A DNA stretch of 64,000 bases. It comes from the human T2T-CHM13v2.0 reference genome, Homo sapiens. Below are positions 15,511-34,325 of the stretch, piece by piece; position 1 is the stretch's first letter; every line of letters starts with the position of its first letter. Both the position numbers and the translations under genes were made by a program. The notes beneath the pieces are model-generated. The model searched no databases, was not told the DNA's origin, and saw nothing but the letters and a program-made list of their open reading frames with translations. Where the stretch lies: NCBI RefSeq assembly GCF_009914755.1, contig NC_060933.1; one strand, given 5' to 3'.

Positions 15511-16518
15511 TATGTCTTCTTTTTTAAAATTTTTAATTTTTATGAGTACATAGTAGGTGTATATATTTATGGGGTACATGAGATACTTTGATACAGGCAT
15601 GCAATGCATAATAATCACATCAGGGTAAATGGGGTATCCATTACCTCAAGCATTTATCCTTTGTGTTACAAAAAATTCAATTTTACTCTTAGTTATTTTA
15701 AAATGTACAGTTAAATAATGATTGACTATGGTCAGCCTGTTGTGCTATCAAATACTAGATCTTATTTATTCTATTTTTTTGTACCCATTAGCCATCCTCA
15801 CTTTCCCTGCCCCCAACTCCTCCACTACCCTTCTCAGCCTCTGGCAACCATCATTATACTCTCTATCTCCATGAGTTCAAATGTTTCAATTTTTAGCTCC
15901 CACAAATATGTGAGAACATGGAAAGTTTGTCTTTCTGTGCCTGGCTTATTTTGCTTAACATAATTACCTCCAGTTCCATCCATGTTGCTGAAAATGACAG
16001 GATCCCATTCTTTTTTATGGCTGAATAGTACTCCACTGTGTTTATGTGAAAAATTTTCTTTATCCATTTATCTGTTGATGGACACTTAGGTTGCTTCCAA
16101 ATCTTGGCTATTGTGAATAGCATTGTAATAAATATGGGAGTGCAGACATCTCTTCAACATACCGATTGCCTTTGTTATGGGTATACACCTAGCAGTGGCA
16201 CTGCTCTATCATATGATAGCTCTATTTTTAGTTTTTTTGAGGAATCTTCAAACTGTTCACTATTGTGGCTGTACTAATTTACATTCCCATTAACAGTGTA
16301 CAAAGGTTCCCTTTTCTCCACATCCTTACTAGCATTTGTTATTGCCTGTCTTGGATAAAAGGCATTTTGACTTGGATGAAATGATATCTCATTGTAGTTT
16401 TGATTTGCATTTCTCTGATGATCAATAATGTTGAGCAGTTTTTCATATACCTGTCTGTCCTTTTTATGTCTTTTTTTTGAGAAATGTCTATTCAGATCTT
16501 TTGTCCATTTTTTTTTTA

Positions 16519-16813
16519 GATTTTTTTAAAATTATACTTTAAGTTTTAGGGTACACGTGCACAACATGCAGGTTAGTTACATATGTATACATGTGCCATG
16601 TTGGTGTGCTGCACCCATTAACTCATCATTTAACATTAGGTATATCTCCTAATGCTATCCCTCCCCCCTCCCCCCACCCCACAACAGTCCCCAGTGTGTG
16701 ATGTTCCCCTTCCTGTGTCCATGTGTTCTCATTGTTCAATTCCCACCTATGAGTGAGAACATGCGGTGTTTGGTTTTTTGTCCTTGCGATAGTTTGCTGA
16801 GAATGATGGTTTC
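16519..16813 (-). mobile_element. 5'-truncated young L1PA (L1PA3-like) 3'UTR fragment, ~295 bp
   Basis: TTATACTTTAAGTTTTAGGGTAC...CAGGTTAGTTAC and ACAACAGTCCCCAGTGTG are young-L1PA 3'UTR features; it interrupts the L1MA. Confidence 0.9.
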
Positions 16814-18144
16814 GGATTATTAGATTTTTTCATATAGAGTTGCTAGAGCTCCTTATATATTCTGGTTATTAATCCCTTATCAGATGGATAGTTTGCAAAT
16901 ATTTTCTCCCATTCTGTGGGTTGTCTCTTCACTTTGTTGATTGTTTCCTTTCCTGTGCAGAAGCTTTTTAATTTGATGTAATCCCATGTGACCATTTTTG
17001 CTTTGGTTGCCTGTGCTTGTGGGGTATTACTTAAGAACTCTTTGCCCAGTCCAATGTCCTGGAGAGTTTCTCCAATATTTTCTTTTAGTAGTTTCACAGT
17101 TTGAGGTCTCGGGTTTAAGTCTTTAGTCAATTTTGATTTGATTTTTTTATATAGCAAGAGATAGGGATCTAGTTTCATCCTTCTGTATATGTATATCCAG
17201 TTTTCCCAGCACCATCTATAAAAGAGACTGTCCCCTCCCCAATGCATGTTGTTGGCACCTTTGTTGTTAATGAGTTCATTGCAGATATATGAATTTGTTT
17301 CTGGGTTCTCTATTCTGTTCCATTGGTCTATGTGTCTGCTTTTATGCCAGTACTATGCTATTTTGGTTACTATATCTCTGTTGTATAATTTGAAGTCAGG
17401 TGATGTGATTCCTCCAGTTTTGTTCTTTTTTGCTTAGGATAGCTTTGGCTATTCTGAGTCTTTTGTGTGTTCATATAAATTTTGGAATTGTTTTTTCTAT
17501 TTTTGTGAAGAATATCATTGGTATTTTGATAGTGATTGCATTAAATCTGTAGATTGCTTTGGGTATTATGGATATTTTTAAAATATTAATTATTCCAATC
17601 CATGAATATAAAATATCTTTCCGTTTTTTGTGTCCTCTTCAATTTCTTACATCAATATTTTATAGTTTTCACTGTAAAGATCCTTCACTTCTTTGGTTAA
17701 TTCCTAGGTATTTAATTTTATTTGTGGCTATTATGAGTGGAATTTCTCTTTAAGTTTCTTTTTCAGATTGTTCATTGCTGGCATATAGAAATGCTGCTGA
17801 TTTTTGTATGTTGCTTTTGTATCCTGCAACTTTAATTTGTTTAAGTTCTAACAGTTTTTTAGTGGAGTCTTTAGGTTTTTCCAAATGTAAGATATCATCT
17901 GCAAATAAGGATAATTTGTCTTCTTCCTTTTCAATTTGGGTACGCTTTATTTCTTTTTCTTGTATCATTACTCTAGCAGGATTTTGAGTACTATGTTGAA
18001 TAGCAGTGGTGACAGTGTGTATCCTTGTCATGTTCCAGATCTTAGAGGAAAGGATTTCAGTTTTTTCCCATTAAGTATGATACTAGCTGTTGGTTTCTCA
18101 TATATGGCTTTTATTATGTTGAGGTATGTTACGTCTATACCCTG

Positions 18145-20646
18145 TTTTTTTTTTTTTTTTTAAGTATTTATTGATCATTCTTGGGTGTTTCTCAGAGGGG
18201 GGGATGTGGCAGGGTCATAGGATAATAGTGGAGAGAAGGTCAGCAGATAAACACGAGAACAAAGGTCTCTGGTTTTCCTAGGCAGAGGTCCCTGCGGCCT
18301 TCGGCCCTGTTTGTGTCCCTGGGTACTTGAGATTAGGGAGTGGTGATGACTCTTAATGAGCATGCTGTCTTCAAGCATCTGTTCAACAAAGCACATCTTG
18401 CACCGCCCTTAATCCATTTAACCTTGAGTTGACACAGCACATGTTTCAGAGAGCAGGGGGTTGGGGGTAAGGTTATAGTTTAACAGCGTCCCAAGGCAGA
18501 AGAATTTTTCTTAGTACAGAACAAAATGGAGTCTCCTATGTCTACTTCTTTCTACACAGACACAGTAACAATCTGATCTCTCTTTCTTTTCCCCACATTT
18601 CCCCCTTTTCTTTTCAACAAAACCGCCATCGTCATGATGGCCCATTCTCGATGGTTGCTGTCTCTTCGGAGCTGTTGGGTACACTTCCCAGACAGGGCGG
18701 CCTGGCAGAGGCGCTCCTCACTTCTCAGATGGGGCGGCCGGGCAGAGGCGCTCCTCACTTCCCAGATGGGGCGGCCGGGCAGAGGCGCTCCTCACTTCCC
18801 AGACAATGGGCGGCCGGGCAGAGGCGCTCCCCACCTCCCAGACGGGGCGGCTGGGCAGAGGCGCTCCCCACCTCCCAGACGGGGCAGCCGGGCAGAGGCG
18901 CTCCCCACCTCCCAGACGAAGAGCGGCAGGGCAGAGGCACTCCCCACCTCCCAGACGAAGAGCGGCAGGGCAGAGGCACTCCCCACCTCCCAGACGAAGA
19001 GCGGCAGGGCAGAGGTGCTCCCCACCTCCCAGACGGGGCAGCTGGGCAGAGGCGCTCCCCACCTCCCAGACGGGGCGGCCGGGCAGAGGCGCTCCCCACC
19101 TCCAAGATGAAGAGCGGCCAGGCAGAGGCGCCCCCCACTTCCCAGACGGGGCGGCCGGACAGAGGCGCCCCCCACTTCCCAGACGGGGCGGCCGGACAGA
19201 GGCGCCCCCCACTTCCCAGATGGGACGGCCGGGCAGAGGCGCCCCCCACATCCCAGACAGGGCAGCCGGGCAGAGGCGCCCCTCACCTCCCAGACGGGGC
19301 GGCCGGGCAGAGGCGCCCTCACCTCCCAGACAGGGTGGCCGGGCAGAGGCGCCCCTCACCTCCCAGACGGGGCGGCTGGGCAGAGGCACTCCCCACCTCC
19401 CAGACGGGGTGGCTGGGCAGAGACGCCCCTCACCTCCCAGATGGGGCGACCGGGCAGAGGTGCCCACTTCCCCGACGGGGCGGCCGGGCAGAGGCGCCCC
19501 TCACCTCCCAGGCGGGGTGGCCGGGCAGAGGTGCTCCCCACCTCCCAGACGAAGGGTGGCCGGGCAGAGGTGCCCCTCACTTCCTAGGCGGGGCGGCCGG
19601 GCAGAGACGCCCCTCACCTCCCAGACGGGGTGGCGGCCGGGCTGAGGCGCTCCTCACTTCCCAGATGGGGTGGCGGCTGGGCAGAGGCGCCCCTCACCTC
19701 CCAGACGGGGCGGCCATGCAGAGGCGCCCCTCATCTCCCAGACAGGGCGGCCGGGCAGAGGTGCTCCCCACTTCCCATTCGGGGCAACCGGGCAGAGGCG
19801 CTCCTCACTTCCTCCCAGACGGGGCGGCTGGGCAGAGGCGCTCCTCACTTCCCAGATGGGGCGGCCGGGCAGAGGCGCTCCTCACATCCCAGACGATGGG
19901 CGGTCGGGCAGAGACGCTCCTCACTTCCTAGATGGGGTGGCGGCCGGGCAGAGGCGCTCCTCACTTCCCAGACGGGGTGGCCAGGCAGAGGGGATCCTCA
20001 CATCCCAGACGATGGGCAGCCGGGCAGAGACGCTCCTCACTTCTTCCTCCCAGACGGGGTGGCCGGGCAGAGATGCTCCTCACTTCCTAGATAGGGTGGC
20101 GGCCGGGCAGAGGCGCTCCTCACTTCCCAGATGGGGTGGCTGGGCAGAGGGGCTCCTCACATCCCAGACGATGGGCGGCCAGGCAGAGACGCTGCTCACT
20201 TCCTAGACGGGGTGGCAGGCGGGCAGAGGCTGTAATCTTAGCACTTTGGGAGGCCAAGGCAGGCGGCTGGGAGGTGGAGGTTGTAGCGAGCTGAGATCAT
20301 GCCACTGCACTCCAGCCTGGGCAACATTGAGCATTGAGTGAGTGAGACTCCGTCTGCAATCCCAGCACCTCGGGAGGCCGAGGTGGGGAGATCACCCGAG
20401 GCCAGGAGCTGGAGACCAGCCCGGTCAACACGGCAAAACCCCGTCTCCACCAAAAATACAAAAACCAGTCAGGAGTGGTGGTGTGTGCCTGGAATCCCAG
20501 GCACTCAGCAGGCTGAGGCAGGAGAATCACCGGAGCCCGAGGCAGGGAGGTTGCAGCGAGCCGAGATCATGGCAGTACAGTCCAGGCTCCGCAAGAGAGG
20601 GAGACCGTAGAAAGAGGGAGACGGAGAGCCAGAGGGCAGAGGCAGA
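18145..20646 (-). mobile_element. SVA retrotransposon, near full-length, older (SVA_A/B-like) type
   Basis: On +: poly-T 18145-18161, SINE-R ~18162-18685, VNTR ~18685-20225, Alu-like region ~20225-20590, short degenerate hexamer tract ~20594-20646. TSD CCC(T/A)GTTTTTTTT at 18140 and 20648. Confidence 0.97.
18685..20225. repeat. SVA VNTR, roughly 39 GC-rich units of ~37-42 bp
   Basis: Unit consensus GGGGCGGCCGGGCAGAGGCGCTCCTCACTTCCCAGAC; CpG-rich; count estimated from length. Confidence 0.95.
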
Positions 20647-22744
20647 CCCCAGTTTTTTTTTAAATCATAAAGTGATGTTGAATTTTATCAAATGCTTTTT
20701 CAACATCAGTTGAAAGGATTATATGGTTTTTGTCCTTCATTCTGTTGACATAATGTATCACATTGATTGATTTATGTATACTGAACTCTCCTTGCATCCG
20801 TGGAATAAATTCCACTTGATCATCATAAATGATCATTTTAAGGTGTTGTGGAATTTGATTTGCTAGTATTGTGTTGAAGATTTTTGCATCAAAGTTCATC
20901 AGGGATACTGGCCTGCAGCTTTCTCTTTTTGATATGTGTTTGGTTTTGGTATCAGGGCAATATTGGCCTCTTAGAATGTATTTCAAAAGCATTAATTCTT
21001 CTTTAAATGTTTTGTAGAATTCAGCAGTGAAGCCACTGAGGTCAGGGCTTTTCTCTACTGGGAGACTTTTTATTATGTCTTCGATCTTGTTACTTGTTAT
21101 TGGTCTATTCAGGTTTTGGATTTTTTTTTTTTTTATGGTTCAGTCTTTGTAGGTTGTATGTGTCTAGGGATTTATCTACTTCTAGCTTTTCCAATTTATT
21201 GGCATATAGTTCCTCACAGTAGCCTCTAATGATCCTTTGAATTTCTGTGGTATCAGTTGTAATGTCTCATTTTTCATCTCTGATTCTATTTATTTATTCT
21301 TTTTTTTTCTCAGTCTGGGTAACAGTTTGCCAATTTTGTTTATCTTTTCGAAATACCAACTTTTTATTTCACTGATCTTTTTTGTTGTTTTCTTCATTTC
21401 AATTTCATTTATTTCCACTCTGATCTTTACTATTTCTTTTGTTCTACTAATTTTGAGTTTGGTTTGCTCTTGCTTTTCTAGTTCCTTAAGATGCCTTGTT
21501 AGGTTGTTTATTTGAGGTTTTTCTACTTTTTTGATGTAGGCACTTATAGCTAAGAACTTCTCTCTTAGTACTGCTTTCGTTGCATCCCATATGTTTTGGT
21601 ATGTAGTGTTTCAATTATCATTTGTTTCAAGAAATTTTTCAATTTTTTTCTTCATTGATCCACTGGTCATTCAGAAGCACATTGCTTAATTCGTACCTGT
21701 GGGTATGGTTTCCAAAATTTCCCGTTATTGATTTATTCCACTGTGGTCAGAGAAGACACTTACTATTATTTCTTGGTATGTTTTAAGACTTGTTTTGTGG
21801 CCTGACATATGGTCTGTCCTTGAGAATGATCCCTGTGCTGAGAAGATAGTGTATTCTGTAGCTATTGGAGGAAACGTTCTGTAAATGTCAATTTAGTCTA
21901 TAGGACAGATTAAGTCCAATGTTTCTTAGTTGATTTTCTTTCTGGATGATCTGTCCAATGCTGCAAGTCTCCAGCTATTATTCTATGGGGGTCTCTCTCT
22001 CTCTCTTTAGCTCTAATAATATTTGTTTTATATATCTGAGTGCTCCAAGGTGCATATATAGTTACAATTGTTATATCCTGTTACTGAATCGATCTCTTTA
22101 TAATTATATAGAGATGCTGTCTCTTTTTATAGTTTTGTATTGAAGTCTATTTTGTCTGATGTAAGTACAGCTACTCCTGCTTTTGTTGGTTCTCATTGGT
22201 ATGGAATATCTTTTTCTATCCCTTTATTTTCAGTCTCTGTGTGTTTTCATAGGTGAAGCGTGTTTTTTGTAGGCGACAGATTATTGCATCTTGTTTTTAA
22301 AATACATTCAGCCAGTCTATATCTTTTGATTGGAGAGCTTAGTTTATTTACATTCAATGTCATTATTGACAGGTAAGGACTTACTTCTGCCATTTGGTTG
22401 TTTTCTTGTTTTGTGGTCTTTTCTTGCTTTTTTTCTTTCTTCCTGTCTTCCTTTTAGTGAAGGTGATTTTCTGAGATGGTGTGTTTTAATTTTCTGCTCA
22501 TTTGTTTTTATTTATTTTATTTTTATTATACTTTAAGTTCTAAGGTACATGTGCACAATGTGCAGGTTTGTTACATATGTATACATGTGCCATGTTGGTG
22601 TGCTGCACCCATTAATTCATCATTTACATTAGGTGTATCTCCTAATGCTATCCCTCCCTCCTCCTCCCACCCCACGACCCGCCCCAGTGTGTGATGTTCC
22701 CCTTCCTGTGTCCAAGTGTTCTCATTGTTCAATTCCCACCTATG

Positions 22745-26568
<3,824 letters not shown>

Positions 26569-26631
26569 GATGATGTTGGCCGGTTATTCTGCTCGTTAGT
26601 TGATGCAGTTTCTTCCTAACATCGATGGTCT

Positions 26632-27952
<1,321 letters not shown>

Positions 27953-29056
27953 CTTTGTGGTTTTATCTACCTTTGGTCTTTGATGATGGTGACGTACAGA
28001 AGGGGTTTTGGTGTGGATGTCCTTTCTGTTTGTTAGTTTTCCTTCTAACAGTCAGGACCCTCAGCTGCACGTCTGTTGGAGTTTGCTGGAGGTCCAGTCC
28101 AGACACTGTTTGCCTGGGTATCAGCAGCGGAGGCTGCAGAACAGTGAATATTGCTGAACAGCCAATGTTGCTGCCTGATAGTTCCTCTGGAAGCTTCATC
28201 TCAGAGGGGTACCTGGCCATGTGAGATGTCAGTCTGCCCCTACTAGAGGGTGTCTCCCAGTTAGGCTACTCAGGGGTCTGGGACCCACTTGAGGGGGCAG
28301 TCTGTCCGTTCTCAGATCTCAAACTCTGTGCTGGGAGAACCACCACTCTCTTCAAAGCTGTCAGACAGGGACATTTAAGTCTGCAGAGGTTTCTGCTGCC
28401 TTTTGTTCGGCTTTGCCCTGCCCCCAGAGGTGGAGTCTACAGAGGCAGGCAGGCCTCCTTGAGCTGTGGTGTGCCCCACCCATTTCGAGCTTCCTGGTGG
28501 CTTTGTTTACCTACTCAAGCCTCAGCAATGGTGGGCGCCCCTCCCCCAGCCTCGCTGCTGCCTTGCAGTTCGATCTGAGACTGCTGTGCTAGCAGTGAGC
28601 GAGGCTTCATGGGCCTGGGACCCTCCAAGCCAGGCGTGGGATGTAATCTCCTGTGTGCTGTTTGCTAAGACCGTTGGAAAAGCGCAGTATTACAGTGGGG
28701 GTGATCCGATTTTCTAGGTGTCTGCTTTTTATTTTTAATGAACTTGTATGTCTTTTGATTTGAGGTTATCATGAGGGCTGCAAATAATATCTTATATCCA
28801 TTATTTTAAACTGATGACATGTTAACACTGATTGCATAAACAAAGAAGCAAGCAAAGAGAAAACTAATAAAAACTCTATACTTTAACTTCATCCGCCTAC
28901 TCTTTAACTTTTAACTTTTGTTTTTTCTATTTATATCTTATCATGTTATCTATGTTTTAAAAAGTTGTAGTTATTTTTGATCAGTTGATCTTTTAGTCTT
29001 CTACTCAGGATATGAGTAGTTTCCACATCATACATATCATAATGACAGTGTTATAA

Positions 29057-29369
<313 letters not shown>

Positions 29370-30779
29370 TGTACTTTGAGTTTTATAACTTCAGATGATT
29401 TCTTATTGCTCATTAATGTCTTTTCAGATTATTATTCTTTCATATTGAAGAACTCTTTTTAGTATTTCTTGACGGACAAGTCTGGTGTTGATAAAAATCC
29501 CCCAGCATTTGTTTGTCTTGAAAGTCTTTATTTTGCTTTCATATTTGAAGCAGATTTTATATAGACATACTATTCTAGGGTAAAAGTTTTTTTCCTTTAG
29601 CACTTCAGATATGTCATACCCTCTCACCCAGCCTGTAAGATTTCCACTAAAAAGTCTGCTGCCAGATGTACTGGAGCTCCTTTGTACATTATTTGTTTCT
29701 TTTCTCTTACTGCTTTTAGGGTCCTTTCTTTAACCTTGACCCTTGGGAATTTGATTATTAAATGCCTTGAGGTTATCTTTTTTGGGTTAAATGTGCTTGG
29801 TGTTCTATAACCTTCTTATACTTGAATATTGATGTATTTCTCTAGGCTTGGGAAGTTCTCTGTCATTATCCCTTTGAATAACCTTTCTACCCCCATTTCT
29901 TTCTCTACCTCCTCTTTAAGGCCAGCGACTCTAAGAAGATTTGCCCTTTTGAGGCTATTTTCTAGATCTTGTAGACAGGCTGCGTTCTTTTAAATTCTTT
30001 TTTTTCTTTTGTCTTTGACTGTGTTTTCAAATAGCCTGTCTTCAAGCTCACTAGTTTTTTCTTCTGCTTGATCAATTCTGGTATTAAGAGACTCTGATGC
30101 ATTCTTTAGTATGTCAGTTGCATTTTTCAACTCCAGAATTTCTGCTTCTTCCTTTTTAATTATTTCAATCTTTTTGTTAAATTTATCTGATAGGATTCTG
30201 AGTTCCTTCTCTACTATCTTGGAAGTTTCACTGAGTTTCCTCAACACAGCTATTTTGAATTCTCTATCTGAAAGGTCTTTGTTTTTCTGGGGTTAGCCCC
30301 TTGTGTCTTATTTAGTTCATTTGGTGAGGTGATGTTTTCCTGGATAGTTTTGATGCTTGTGAATGTTCTTCAGTGTCTGGGCATTAAAGAGTTAGGTATT
30401 TATTGCAGTCCTGAAAAGGTATTTATTGCAGTTTCCCAACTGTAAAGTTGGGAAAACTTTACAGGTATTCAAAGGGACTTGGGTGTTGTGATCTACATTT
30501 TTGGTCACTGCAGCCATATCTACATTTAGGGGGAACTTCAAGCCCAGTAATGCTGTGGCTCTCACAGACTTGTAGAGGTATTGCCTTGGTGGTCTTGGGT
30601 ACAATCCAGAAGATTTCTCTGGATTACCAGGAAGAGACTCTTGTTCTTTTCTCTTACTTACTTCCAAATAAATAGACTCACTCTCTTTGGGCTGAGCTGC
30701 CTGGAGCTGGAGGGGTGGTACAAGCTCCCCTGTGGCCACCACCACTGGGACTGTGCTGTGTCAGACCTGAAACCATCAG

Positions 30780-31720
30780 AGCACTGGATCTCAACCAAGG
30801 CTCACTGTAACCATTACCTGGCTACTGCTTATGTTCACTCGATGCCTAGGGCTCTACAGTCAGGTAGTGGTGAAGCCAGCCTGGCTAGTGTCTTTTCAGG
30901 GTGGTGAGCTCCCCCTGGCTCCAGGTGGGTCTAGAGATACTGTCTGGGAGCCAGGGTCTGGAGTTGGAAATCTTAGGAATCTACCTGCTGCTCTATTCTA
31001 CTGCAGCTGAGCTGGCACCCGAGCCACAAGATAAAGTCCTTCCCACTCTTCTGTACCCTTTCCACAAGCAAAAGAGTCTCTCCCCACGGTCACTGCCACC
31101 ACAGGCCCATGGGGAGCACTGCCAGGCCACTACTGATGTTCATGTAAGGCCCAAGGGCTCTTTAGTCAGCTTCTGGTGAATGCTTATATGCCTGGGATTC
31201 ACCCTTCAGGGCCGTGGGTTCCCCTCTGGCCCAGGGCTGGTTCAGAAGTGCTAACCAAGAGCCAAGGCCAGGAATCAGGGTCCCCAAAAGCCCACTTGGT
31301 GCTCTACCTCACTGTGGCTGAGCTGGTACCTAAACTGCAGGACAAAGTCCCATTTACTCTTCCCTTTGCTTTTCTCAAGCAGAAGGAGTCTCTCACCACA
31401 GCCACCACATCTATGCATGTGCTGAGTCACATGTGAAGCCAGCACATCTCAGAGTCTCACCGAAAGCTCATGGTATGTACTACCTGTCTACTGCTATTGA
31501 TTATTCAGTGCCCAAGGGCTCTTTAGTCAGCAAGTCATGAGTCCTACCAGGACTAGGTCCTTCCCTTCCTGACAGTAGGTTCCCCTTCTGGCCCAGAGTG
31601 GGTCTAAAAGTGTTGTCCAGGAGGTAGGGCCTAGAATGAGGACATTATGACCCTGCCTAGTGCCTTGTTCTACTGTGGCTGAGCTGGTATCCAAGTTGGA
31701 GGACAAAACCCCTCTCCTCT
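30780..31720 (-). repeat. Tandem ~310-360 bp monomers of the L1MA 5'UTR (about three copies)
   Basis: GCTGAGCTGG(C/T)A recurs at ~31006, ~31317 and ~31678; GCC(T/C)A(G/A)GGGCTCT...AGTCAG recurs at ~30844, ~31149 and ~31510. Confidence 0.75.
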
Positions 31721-32939
31721 CCTCAAGTGGAATGAGAAAGTCTTTTTCAGAGTTGCAAGCTGTTCTGCCTGGGGTTGGTGGGAGAGTTGGAACAAGCACT
31801 CCTTTGGCTACCCCAACTTGTGTCTCCCTAGGTCATGTGCTCCCCAAGTCCACGGGCTTTGAGCCCAGCACAGCACTCAGACTTGTCTAGGAGTTGCAGT
31901 CCTTGTGGCCTAGACTGCCCTTCAAGGTTTTTTAGACCCATAGAGCACTTTAGTCCGTGGTGGAGAGGCTTACCAGAACTCAGGTTCTGACCATTGGGAT
32001 GGATGATTCCCCTCTTGCTAGGGCTTTTCTAAATGTTCTCTCCATGGGCGACGCCCGAGTTTTGCCCAGTATTGCTTTCTGCTGTGACAGGGCAGCACTG
32101 AGTTCCAATGCAAAGTCCCACAATCACTGTGTTCTCCCTCCCCAAGTTGCACAGATTCTCTCTCCATGCCATGTGGCCACTAACAGGAGAGAGGGGAAGG
32201 GTAGCTTTGGCAACTAAAGCCAAACTACCCTCTTTCCTGCTGCTTTCGGTGCTATGAGGTTAAAACCAAGTGCTATGATTGCTCATCTGATTTTTGGTTC
32301 TTATGAATGTGCAATTTTGTGTAGATAGTTGTTGAAGTTGGTATTCCTGTGAGAAAGATGATAGGTGGAGGCTTCTATTTAGCTATGTTGCTTTGCCTCT
32401 TCGTATGCCTTCATTTTTAATTATTCCAGAGTGCTTTATTGGGTGTGTCTCACAATTTCCTTAGAAGTTCCACTGTTGAATAACACTTCCATTGTTTGAT
32501 TTATAGCTATTATAAACAAGCCTGAGATGATTAAAGGTAAATTCAGGCACTCCTGCTTGATTATTTTCTTAGGATAACTCCTAGAAATGAAATTCTTTGA
32601 TCAAAAAGTATTCTTGTTTTTAGGGATTTTAATATATTAATGGATTTTGTCAATTCTTTCCCCCATCCCAATTGCATTGCTCTTTCACTTTCATCACCCA
32701 GTAAAAGAGTGCTTGTTTCCCCAAATACATAGCAATGTTGGATCAGTGACATTGAGTGTTCACTCAAATTTTTACCAATGTGTTAAGTAAAATTTAAAAA
32801 AGAAAAATAATAAATTTATATTTTATTCTTTTAATTTGCATTTCCTTGTTTACTATTAAAGTAGTACTTTTCTCAGTTGTGTTTACTAGTCATTTGTATG
32901 TCTTCCTTTGGGAAGTGACTATTTATGCCCATTTTCCAT

Positions 32940-34325
<1,386 letters not shown>

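Noticed and set aside
18634-20206. Long overlapping ORFs up to 426 aa on both strands
   Set aside because: They run through the stop-poor GC-rich SVA VNTR and give repetitive peptides in all frames; not genes.
18685-20225. CRISPR-like array of ~37-40 bp repeats
   Set aside because: Units are contiguous with no unique spacers, there are no cas genes, and the context is an SVA in primate DNA.
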